From: an uncultured Nitrospiraceae bacterium
GTDB taxonomy: Bacteria > Nitrospirota > Nitrospiria > Nitrospirales > Nitrospiraceae
NCBI GenBank assembly: GCA_963706325.1
Contig: CAVPLT010000001.1
Coordinates: 960,001-1,024,000, forward strand
Reading direction: 5' to 3'
Length of the DNA stretch: 64,000 bases
Every line of letters starts with the position of its first letter. Position 1 is the stretch's first letter. A model generated the notes under the pieces. It was given only the letters and a program-made list of their open reading frames with translations. It had not been told where the DNA came from and searched no databases. Both the position numbers and the translations under genes were made by a program. Below are positions 56,304 through 64,000 of this stretch, one piece after another.

Positions 56304-59009
56304 CTATGTTCCGTGACATTTTTTGAATTTCTTGCCGCTGCCGCAAGGACAGGGATCGTTGCGACCGACCTTCTCGGCTGGGTGTTGGGCGATTTGTGGC
56401 GTCGGTTCATCGCTACGATTGAGCACCATGCGTGGCGGCAGAACTGGTTCTGGAGGTGGCGGCGGGGGTTGCTCGCCCCTGACAGCCTGCACCCGGAACA
56501 TCCGCTCCAGCACATCCGACTTAATGCGGTCCATCATGCCGGAAAACATGTCAAACCCTTCGCGCTTGTACTCGATCAGCGGGTCTTTTTGTCCATACCC
56601 GCGCAGGCCGATCCCGTCGCGCAGATGGTCCATGCCCAGCAGATGATCTTTCCAATGGTGGTCGATCACCTGCAGGAGCAGCATTTTTTCCAAATACCGC
56701 ATCAGCTCGGAGCCCAGTTCCTGCTCTTTGTGCTCGTAGGCCTGGTGAACCTTGGTCTGGATTTCCTCAATGAGAGCATCTCGACCGACGTCCTTGAAGT
56801 GTTCGGCCACAGTGCCTCGGCCTTGCGTGATATCCAGAGCGAACTGGCCTTGCAGCGCTTCCCCGAGACCGTTGTAATCCCATTCTTCCTGATACTGTTC
56901 CGCGGAGCAGTAGGTGTCGATGAACGCCTGTACCACATCCTTCATCATGTCGTGGACATCTTGCTGAATGTGTTCACCGGCCAACACGGCGTGGCGGTGC
57001 TGGTAGATCACTTCGCGCTGCTTGTTCATCACGTCGTCATATTCGAGGAGCTGTTTGCGGATTTCGAAATTGTGCGCCTCGACTTTTTTCTGCGCGTTGG
57101 CGATGGCGCGGGTGACCATGCCATGTTCGATCGGCACGCCTTCTTCCATGCCCAACTTGAGCATCAATTGGGAGACGCGTTCGGACGCGAAAATGCGCAT
57201 GAGATCGTCTTCGAGCGACAGATAGAAGCGCGAGGATCCAGGATCGCCTTGCCGACCGGCGCGGCCGCGAAGCTGATTGTCGATGCGGCGGCTTTCATGC
57301 CGTTCAGTCCCTAAAATATGCAGTCCCCCGGCGGCGATCACGGCGTGCTTGTCCTTTTCGCAGTCGGCCTTGATCTCTTCGAAGATCTCCAGCTTGCGAG
57401 TGTCCGCCAGGCTTTCGTCTTGGTAGAGAATCCGTTTGAACAGGAAGTCGGGGTTGCCGCCCAAGAGAATATCCGTGCCGCGACCGGCCATGTTGGTCGC
57501 AATGGTCACCCCGCTTTTGCGGCCGGCTTGCGCGATAATTTCAGCCTCTTTTTCATGGAACTTGGCATTGAGCACGTTGTGCTTGATGCCGTTGCGGCTC
57601 AAATACCCCGCTAGCCGTTCGGACTTTTCGATGGAAATCGTGCCGACCAGGACCGGCTGGCCCCGTTCATGGCAATCCTTGATTTCTTCGACGATGGCCG
57701 TGAATTTTTCTTTTTCGGTGCGATAGACCACGTCCGCATAATCCTTCCGGATCATCGAGCGATTGGTCGGGACAACGTTGACGTCCAGATTATAAATCTT
57801 GGCGAATTCGCCCGCCTCCGTGTCGGCGGTGCCGGTCATGCCTGCCAGCTTCTTATACATGCGGAAATAGTTCTGGAAGGTCACCGAGGCCAGGGTCTGG
57901 TTCTCGTTGGCGATCTTGACGCCTTCTTTGGCCTCCACGGCCTGGTGCAGCCCATCGCTCCAGCGACGGCCCGGCATCAATCGGCCGGTAAACTCATCGA
58001 CGATCAGGACTTCGCCGTCTTTCACGACATAATCGACATCGCGTTTATAGAGGGCATAGGCCTGTAAGGCCTTCACAATGTGGTGCACGAGATCCATGTG
58101 CTGCAGGTCGTACAGGTTATCCACGCCCAGTAGCTTTTCGACGCGGACGTTGCCCTCTTCCGTGAGCGAGGCAGTCTTGGTTTTTTCCTCGATGGTGTAG
58201 TCGTGTTCCGGCTTGAGCTGCGGGATGATCGAATTGATCCGGTAATAGAGATCGGTGGTTTGATCGGTCGGACCCGAAATGATCAGCGGCGTTCGCGCTT
58301 CGTCGATCAAGATGCTGTCCACCTCGTCCACAATGGCGAAATGCAGGGGCCGCTGCACACACTGGCTCAGGTCACTGACGATGAGGTTGTCTCGAAGATA
58401 GTCGAAGCCGTATTCGTTATTGGTGCCGTAGGTAATCTCAGCGCGATAGGCTTCATGCCGGCTGCAAGGTCGCAAGTGCTGAAGCCGCTTGTCGGCCGCT
58501 TCATACGTCGGGTCATAGAGAAAAGACGCATCGTGCTGAATGATACCGACGGAAAGGCCGAGCGCGTGGTAGAGCTGGGCCATCCATTGGGCGTCGCGTT
58601 TGGCCAGGTAATCGTTGACGGTGACGAGGTGGGCGCCTTTTCCTTCCAGCGCGTTCAGGTAGAGCGGAAGGGTGGCGACTAAGGTTTTGCCTTCACCGGT
58701 CTTCATTTCAGCGATCCGACCCTTGTTCAGGATCATGCCGCCGATCAACTGCACGTCGAAGTGCCGCATGTTCAAGCGGCGGCGAGACATTTCACGGCAG
58801 ACGGCGAAGGCCTCGGGCAAAATGTCGTCGAGCGTTTCTCCAGCCTCGACACGCTTTTTAAATTCCTGAGTTTTATCGGCCAAGGCCTGATCGGAGAGCG
58901 GCGTCAGGCTGGATTCGAGGCCGTTGATCCGCTCGACGATCGGGCGCAATGCCTTGATCTCGCGATCATTTTTACTTCCGAAGACTATGTTCAATACTTG
59001 TGTCAGCAT
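56304..59009 (-). CDS. secA: Preprotein translocase subunit SecA
   Basis: [42 protein letters not shown]-terminal [13 protein letters not shown]. Confidence 0.98.
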   Translation of the reverse strand: MLTQVLNIVFGSKNDREIKALRPIVERINGLESSLTPLSDQALADKTQEFKKRVEAGETLDDILPEAFAVCREMSRRRLNMRHFDVQLIGGMILNKGRIAEMKTGEGKTLVATLPLYLNALEGKGAHLVTVNDYLAKRDAQWMAQLYHALGLSVGIIQHDASFLYDPTYEAADKRLQHLRPCSRHEAYRAEITYGTNNEYGFDYLRDNLIVSDLSQCVQRPLHFAIVDEVDSILIDEARTPLIISGPTDQTTDLYYRINSIIPQLKPEHDYTIEEKTKTASLTEEGNVRVEKLLGVDNLYDLQHMDLVHHIVKALQAYALYKRDVDYVVKDGEVLIVDEFTGRLMPGRRWSDGLHQAVEAKEGVKIANENQTLASVTFQNYFRMYKKLAGMTGTADTEAGEFAKIYNLDVNVVPTNRSMIRKDYADVVYRTEKEKFTAIVEEIKDCHERGQPVLVGTISIEKSERLAGYLSRNGIKHNVLNAKFHEKEAEIIAQAGRKSGVTIATNMAGRGTDILLGGNPDFLFKRILYQDESLADTRKLEIFEEIKADCEKDKHAVIAAGGLHILGTERHESRRIDNQLRGRAGRQGDPGSSRFYLSLEDDLMRIFASERVSQLMLKLGMEEGVPIEHGMVTRAIANAQKKVEAHNFEIRKQLLEYDDVMNKQREVIYQHRHAVLAGEHIQQDVHDMMKDVVQAFIDTYCSAEQYQEEWDYNGLGEALQGQFALDITQGRGTVAEHFKDVGRDALIEEIQTKVHQAYEHKEQELGSELMRYLEKMLLLQVIDHHWKDHLLGMDHLRDGIGLRGYGQKDPLIEYKREGFDMFSGMMDRIKSDVLERMFRVQAVRGEQPPPPPPEPVLPPRMVLNRSDEPTPQIAQHPAEKVGRNDPCPCGSGKKFKKCHGT

Positions 59010-59251
59010 GCAGACGTACCTTCATTTTCACGAGCGAGGCCCGAAAGGGGCGCATCGGCTCGGCGGCGGAGTATACAGGAATCCATGGGTGAATCCTACC
59101 GAAACAGCGGTCATGGTCTCAACTGCTTCGCAGAGACGCGCTACGATGAGATCCCTCTCATTGCTTTCGAGGGACCTGCCGTCTATAGTGGGGCCGTCAT
59201 TCCGCCGACACGTTCGGCAAAGATCACCCACGAATTTAACTGCGGATCTCG

Positions 59252-60331
59252 ATGCGGCGTGCAGCCAGTCTCTCGCGTAGCTTACTCACCAGCCTTTCGC
59301 TCATTTGCATGGTCTGTATTTTCTCAGCTTCCGACTCGACGGCGGCTTCGGCCCCGCAATCAGAATCGGCCCGGCGAAGCTATGAACTGGGCGTCACACT
59401 CTTTCGCGAAGGCAATGCGGACGGCGCGATCGAGGCGTTGAAGAAGGCGATCGCGCAAAATCCCAAGCTGGCCGAGGCCTATCATGTGCTGGGGTTGGTG
59501 TACTTTCAGAGTAAGCGGAATCCCGATGGAGCGATCCAGGCCTACAAGCAATCGCTGAAACTCATACCGCCATCCGCGGAAATTCTGAACGATCTGGCCG
59601 ATGTGTATCTCGCACAGGGACGGGGAAGCGAAGCCGAACAAGTGTTGCGCCAGGCCCTGGACATTGCGCCGGGCAACGAAGAGGCCCATCTGGATTTGGC
59701 GCGGATTTATGAAGAGCGGCACGATCGCCCCAACGCGGTGAAAATGTACCAGTCATTATTGCGTGTCCGACCCGACCATGCCGAGGCTTTGTACCACCTG
59801 GCCAATCTCTACGATAGTCAAGGTGACCTCAAGATGGCCCGTGAGCAACTATCGCGCCTCACGCAGGCGAATCCGCGGCATGCCGATGCCTGGTACCTCC
59901 TCGGGCGACTCGCGGAGCGAGGGAACGACTTGAACGCCGCAGCCGCCGCGTTCAATCAGGCCATTGCGGTGAAGCCGGACCTGGTCGATGCCCACTACAA
60001 CTTGGGCTTCGTGTTTCGCAGCCAGGGTCTCCTTTTAGAGGCCGAACGAGAGTTTTTGGAGGTGATTCGATATCGCCCCGAATATGCGGAGGCCCATTTG
60101 AATTTGGGCATGGTCTATACCAACTTGAATCGATTGGATGAGGCGGAGAAAGAACATGAGCGGGCCGTGGCCCTCAAGCCGACCTCGGCGGAGGCCCACT
60201 ATAACCTGGGAGTCTTTTACGAACTTCACCGCAAGGACATGGGCCGAGCCCTGGCGCAATACCGGCGGTATCGGGATCTGGGCGGGCGAGATGAACGGGT
60301 GGAGCGCATCATCGGAATGGGCGGACCCTAG
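59252..60331 (+). CDS. Secreted tetratricopeptide repeat protein
   Basis: Signal-like N-terminus followed by about 9 TPRs (AEAYHVLG, AHYNLG and similar); start uncertain. Confidence 0.88.
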   Translation: MRRAASLSRSLLTSLSLICMVCIFSASDSTAASAPQSESARRSYELGVTLFREGNADGAIEALKKAIAQNPKLAEAYHVLGLVYFQSKRNPDGAIQAYKQSLKLIPPSAEILNDLADVYLAQGRGSEAEQVLRQALDIAPGNEEAHLDLARIYEERHDRPNAVKMYQSLLRVRPDHAEALYHLANLYDSQGDLKMAREQLSRLTQANPRHADAWYLLGRLAERGNDLNAAAAAFNQAIAVKPDLVDAHYNLGFVFRSQGLLLEAEREFLEVIRYRPEYAEAHLNLGMVYTNLNRLDEAEKEHERAVALKPTSAEAHYNLGVFYELHRKDMGRALAQYRRYRDLGGRDERVERIIGMGGP

Positions 60332-60352
60332 CTCAGGAGGAAGGATATCGCG

Positions 60353-60382
60353 TTGACGCTTCCCCGCCCCATTTGTTAATCT
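60353..60382 (+). promoter_or_regulatory. Putative sigma70 promoter (TTGACG-N18-TAATCT, with TG extension)
   Basis: Near-consensus -35 and extended -10 about 30 bp upstream of ATG 60415. Confidence 0.45.
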
Positions 60383-60414
60383 GCCCAATAGGCCTTTGCA
60401 TCCTGGTTTTATCT

Positions 60415-60726
60415 ATGCGCAATCCGATCTTCAAAAGCACGGTGTGGGTCGTCGCATTCGCCGTCCTGGCCATACTGGCCGTCACGACCGGCAGCGCGGT
60501 TGCGCACGAACTGCAACATGCGGCCCATCACAACGCGGGCAATCACGGCTCCGGCATTTGTGCCTGGATGTGTGCAACCGCAGGCGTGCATGTGGTCACG
60601 CCCTTGCATTCTCCGCATCTGTTCGCGGTGGCCGGTGACGTGTCGTTCCGTGTCGATATCGTGCGCGTTCCCCATTTACTCGCCCCGAGTCGCCCCCGCG
60701 CTCCTCCTGTAGTCACCTCACTGTAG
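60415..60726 (+). CDS. DUF2946-like His/Cys-rich small protein ending in a RAPP motif (CutF/CruR-like leader)
   Basis: Signal/TM segment, AHELQHAAHH...H..CAWMC, C-terminal PRAPP; lies upstream of TonB-related genes. Confidence 0.75.
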   Translation: MRNPIFKSTVWVVAFAVLAILAVTTGSAVAHELQHAAHHNAGNHGSGICAWMCATAGVHVVTPLHSPHLFAVAGDVSFRVDIVRVPHLLAPSRPRAPPVVTSL

Positions 60727-60847
60727 TCTACGTTGTGCCCTTACTCGCTCCGTGACTGCTGTCGCAGAGCCCGAGAACCAGTTCGGCGAGGTGTCTCGCA
60801 TGCTGGGGGTGCATTTCTGATTTCAGAGGGTCGAATACTAGGACACT

Positions 60848-61087
60848 GTGATGATCCCTGTACGTGAGATTGGCGTTGGCGTTTGTGGTGCTGCAACCCT
60901 GCTGACCCTCGTCGGCCTCAGCAGCCGTGTCTCTAACCAGAATGAGCTCCCGGCGGTCACACTGTTTGGGGCCCCGCTTACACTCGTTCAGTCCACGACG
61001 GCGCTGTCTCCCCCCACACTTCGGTTTCATCGCGATGGACGTCTGCACGCGGGCAGGATTGAAAAAACGCGGCGCAGTGAGAGGTGA
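60848..61087 (+). pseudogene. Probable truncated remnant of an Asp-box/BNR secreted protein paralog
   Basis: Signal-like N-terminus and PTLRFHRDGRLHAGRIEK resemble PSVQVDEQGQVSLAWMEE in the protein starting at 63002; stops after 79 aa. Confidence 0.4.
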
Positions 61088-61223
61088 AGAAGGTAGCGTC
61101 GACCTGGACCGAACATGGCGTCCCACACTACAGAACTATCGTACAACAAGGGCAATTGTCGCGTGTCGTGACACGCTAGCGCGGTCCGGCGATTCCCATT
61201 AAAGAAGGAGCAAGGGAAGAGTC

Positions 61224-61682
61224 ATGAAGACGCAGGTGGATCAGCGGGCGGGACGGATGGGGCTCTATGGGTTGGTCGGACTGGCGCTCCTGCTGTGGGT
61301 GCCGAATGTGTCCGCTGCCGATGGAAAAGCTGAGAAGTCGTTCACGATGGCAGTCACTGACCAGCAGGGGGTCGAGACCGAGCTCAAGAACGGCATCTTT
61401 TATTGGGAAGAAAAAATGAGTGAGACCTCGTTTGTCCCGCATGAGTTGCGGCATCTGCCGGCCAGGCGTGGCACGGCGACCGTCAATATCAAGTTCGACC
61501 AGATCAAGCAGATTGAGATCAAGCCGGGCGCCGACAAGACCGGGCCGGCCATGACGGTGACCTTGACGAACGGCAAGAACGGAGAGTTTATGCCTGCCGT
61601 CAGCGGCAGCTTCAAGGGCGAATCGGATTTCGGTCAGGTCGAGGTGCCTATCGGATCTGTTTCCAAGGTGATGTTTAAGTAA
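61224..61682 (+). CDS. Secreted hypothetical protein
   Basis: Signal peptide ending VSA-A; purine-rich RBS; strong GC3 codon bias. Confidence 0.8.
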   Translation: MKTQVDQRAGRMGLYGLVGLALLLWVPNVSAADGKAEKSFTMAVTDQQGVETELKNGIFYWEEKMSETSFVPHELRHLPARRGTATVNIKFDQIKQIEIKPGADKTGPAMTVTLTNGKNGEFMPAVSGSFKGESDFGQVEVPIGSVSKVMFK

Positions 61683-61715
61683 GGGCGGAACCAATCGTTC
61701 GGAAGGGAGTGTCTC

Positions 61716-62813
61716 ATGGAGAACGTGCTGGTGGCGCAATCGTGGCAACCGAGGCGATCGATGACAGGGTGGGGAGCGTCGCTCCTGCTGCACGCTTGTC
61801 TCGCGCTCGCTGCATTCGGACTCATGCCGAAGATGGTCATGATGGTGGAGAAAGAGCCGTTCACATGGGACGTGGCCCTCGTCGAGGCACCGCGCCAGGA
61901 AGCGCCGGCTCCGGTGCCACAGGTGCACCCTCCCGTTCCTACGCCGGTGAAGCCGCGACCTGAGCCGGTGCGTGCCGTACAACCGCCGCCTCAGCCGATG
62001 CCACGTCAGGTCGAAACGCGCGTGGTGCCTCAAGCGATCCAGCGTGAGGTGCAGCCGGTCGTCGAGACAGTTCGTCCTCAAGAACAGATTCAGCCGTCCA
62101 GGGAAGTGGTGCAGATGCAAGCGAAGCCCATCGAGCCGCAAGCGAAGCCGTTGATACAAGCGGCAGTGCCGGCTGAGGTGGTGCGGGAAACCGCTCCGGC
62201 GGTCGAGCAGACGGTGGTTGAGTCGACGTCCGTTGCAGCTCACACGTATGAGGCTCAGCCGGTCGTCAGTACGCCGACGGTGATGGAGACGAAACCTGCC
62301 CCCGTTGTCACGGCGAATGCTCCGGTCGTGCAGGGTCCTCCCGCTGCTGAACCGGCGCCCCCGAGTCAGGCACCAGCCGCGGAGGCAGTTCCCGCTCCTC
62401 CGGCTCCGGCAGAACCGGTTAGCGCACCGCCTGCCCCTGTCGTCGCAGCCGAGCCTGATCCGGCCACATTGCAAGAGCATCAAGTCGTGGCGCGCATGAC
62501 GACGCCGAGGCCGGCCACCAAAGCCGACTATGGCTGGCTGGCCGAATCGCTGCATCGCCGTATCATCGAATTGCGACATTATCCCAGCACCGCCCGCTTG
62601 AACGGTTGGGAAGGCAAGGTCGTGCTGAAGGTTTCCATCCGTCAGGATGGGCAGTTGAAAGAGGTCGAGGTGGTGAAAAGTTCCGGACATGAATCGCTGG
62701 ATCAGGCGGCGATAGAGGCGGTGCGGCGCGCCTGTCCGCTTCACATGAAGCATGAATTGACCGCGCCGATGGTCGTCCTGCATTTGCCGGTCAGTTACAG
62801 TTTGAACCGTTAG
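61716..62813 (+). CDS. tonB: Energy transducer TonB-family protein
   Basis: TM with S...H, long Pro/Glu/Val/Ala-rich linker, TonB_C (YP..AR..G.EG.V; SSG...LD.AA). Confidence 0.9.
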   Translation: MENVLVAQSWQPRRSMTGWGASLLLHACLALAAFGLMPKMVMMVEKEPFTWDVALVEAPRQEAPAPVPQVHPPVPTPVKPRPEPVRAVQPPPQPMPRQVETRVVPQAIQREVQPVVETVRPQEQIQPSREVVQMQAKPIEPQAKPLIQAAVPAEVVRETAPAVEQTVVESTSVAAHTYEAQPVVSTPTVMETKPAPVVTANAPVVQGPPAAEPAPPSQAPAAEAVPAPPAPAEPVSAPPAPVVAAEPDPATLQEHQVVARMTTPRPATKADYGWLAESLHRRIIELRHYPSTARLNGWEGKVVLKVSIRQDGQLKEVEVVKSSGHESLDQAAIEAVRRACPLHMKHELTAPMVVLHLPVSYSLNR

Positions 62814-62923
62814 CAGGACGTTGTAAACGATCCCCAGCTTCATGTTCGCGGCGCTCAGCAGCTCAACGTATGGGAGTACTCCTCCCTACGGCCTCGCTAG
62901 ATGCCAATTTTGACCATCCTGCT
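62811..62923. mobile_element. MITE-like repeat family 1, short form, beginning at the tonB stop codon
   Basis: TAGCAGGACGTTGTAAA ... TTTTGACCATCCTGCT; shared CCCCAGCT, CTCAACGTA and CGGCCTCGCT cores. Confidence 0.65.
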
Positions 62924-63001
62924 GGCCGTTTTGGAAGGAATAAATCGCTGGATCTCTCCATTAGAGGATTCGGCAATGACACCGATGACAGAGAGGGTGC
63001 G

Positions 63002-64000
63002 ATGATGAGCAATCCTGCGAGATTCACCGGTGTGTTGTTTACGGTGTGCTTGGGCGTGGCGGCCCAATCGGCGCCGGCACAGTCCGAGCCGAGTCTCCCG
63101 TATGAACTCGGTGTGAAATTTGTGACCGAGCACAAGGTGAAGAGCGTCGTTGGTCCGTCCGTGCAGGTAGACGAGCAGGGGCAGGTCTCCTTGGCTTGGA
63201 TGGAGGAAGACAAGGATGTCCGCTCCGTCCTCTTTGCTCGGAGTGCCGCGCCCGGTGGACCGATGGGGTCGCCGGTGCGAGTGAATCGTCCGGAGGAAGT
63301 CCCCTACTGGAGACAGGAAGCGCCTGCCCTGGTGGTGCAAGGGGACGAGGTATTTGTGACGTGGGGCCTCACACCTCATAAGGCAACCCCGCAGCAACCG
63401 TTCGCGACGGAGTTGCGCTTGAGCCGTTCAAGCGACCGGGGACAGACGTTTCAGCCATCGGTGATCGTGAACGATGATCCGGGCGTCATTCAACATGCTT
63501 TCGATGCGCTGCATCGCGACTCGGATGGCCGTTTGCACCTGTCATGGATCGATGGACGTGACGGAAAGAAAGATCCAGGGACCTATGTGGCCCGATCACT
63601 GGACCGCGGCCAAACCGTGACGAAAAATATGAAGGTGGATGAAGGCACCTGTGTCTGCTGCCGCACGGCGATCACCAGCGGCCCGGACGGGATGGTCTAT
63701 GTGGCCTGGCGAAAAATATTCGAGGGAAATGTTCGCGAAACCGTCGTCGCTCGTTCGACCGATCACGGCGACACGTTCGAGGCCTCCGTCATAGTCGGCC
63801 ACGATGAATGGGTGTTCCCTGCTTGCCCGCATCGTCCAGCCTCCATGGGCGTCGACCGGCAAGGCCGGCTCTATGTGGTGTGGTACACGGAAGGGATGGA
63901 CGAAATCCCCGCCGTCTACATCGCCCATTCGGACGACCGGGGAAAGAGCTTTTCTGAAAAACGGAAGTTGAACGTTTCCAAGAATACGTTTCCCGACCAT
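63002..64000 (+). CDS. Secreted BNR/Asp-box beta-propeller (sialidase-fold) protein, cut by the window edge and absent from the ORF track
   Basis: Manual translation MMSNPARFTGVLFTVCLG...; Asp-boxes SSDRGQTF, SLDRGQTV, STDHGDTF, SDDRGKSF; CVCC and CPH motifs; GAGAGGG RBS. Confidence 0.85.
   Translation, partial: MMSNPARFTGVLFTVCLGVAAQSAPAQSEPSLPYELGVKFVTEHKVKSVVGPSVQVDEQGQVSLAWMEEDKDVRSVLFARSAAPGGPMGSPVRVNRPEEVPYWRQEAPALVVQGDEVFVTWGLTPHKATPQQPFATELRLSRSSDRGQTFQPSVIVNDDPGVIQHAFDALHRDSDGRLHLSWIDGRDGKKDPGTYVARSLDRGQTVTKNMKVDEGTCVCCRTAITSGPDGMVYVAWRKIFEGNVRETVVARSTDHGDTFEASVIVGHDEWVFPACPHRPASMGVDRQGRLYVVWYTEGMDEIPAVYIAHSDDRGKSFSEKRKLNVSKNTFPDH

Noticed and set aside
61890..62470. Tandem repeat in the TonB linker
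   Set aside because: This is ordinary Pro/Ala/Glu/Val low-complexity periplasmic spacer expected for TonB.
61176..62843. Long antisense ORFs (for example 61176-62843, 48129-49331, 56313-57314, 25086-26114, 11405-12454)
   Set aside because: These are shadow frames over well-supported genes in GC-rich DNA, with Arg/His-skewed composition and no recognisable motifs.
1..64000. CRISPR array, tRNA, rRNA, transposase or integrase
   Set aside because: No regularly spaced direct repeats, cloverleaf signatures or DDE/tyrosine recombinase ORFs were seen. The repeats found are dispersed, not arrayed.

Overview
Bacterial chromosomal window with high GC. Gene content and style suggest a Nitrospira-like organism (inference). 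From left to right it holds: (1) part of a xanthomonadin/aryl-polyene-type type II PKS/FAS operon that runs off the left edge; (2) a HerA/DUF87-like ATPase, a membrane patatin/cPLA2-like phospholipase and yqhA; (3) an ~11 kb signalling/biosynthesis island with a 6-PAS hybrid kinase, an atypical NarL-type regulator, a FabF-like ketosynthase with an altered catalytic triad, a nitroreductase-fold protein, a cytochrome P450 and a LuxR with no luxI in the window; (4) a putatively sigma54-driven operon with three helical proteins (two of them lipoproteins) and a split copper-amine-oxidase-like enzyme; (5) housekeeping genes: uvrC, a Cys-less dapF-like gene, gloA-like, GNAT, deacetylase, site-2 protease, YihY; (6) a complete single-NuoM complex I operon led by a MidA/NDUFAF7 methyltransferase; (7) secA, a TPR protein, and a DUF2946/RAPP leader followed by TonB and Asp-box genes. 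The best candidate for an undescribed system is block 3. A perfect 20-bp lux-box palindrome (24913-24932) has -10-like hexamers placed symmetrically on both strands, which suggests a non-AHL, ketosynthase/P450-based quorum-sensing-like circuit. Also notable is a family of intergenic MITE-like repeats carrying a ~74-nt module with compensatory base changes and a possible pseudoknot. No rRNA, tRNA, CRISPR array or transposase was seen. All calls come from reading motifs by eye; no database search was run.
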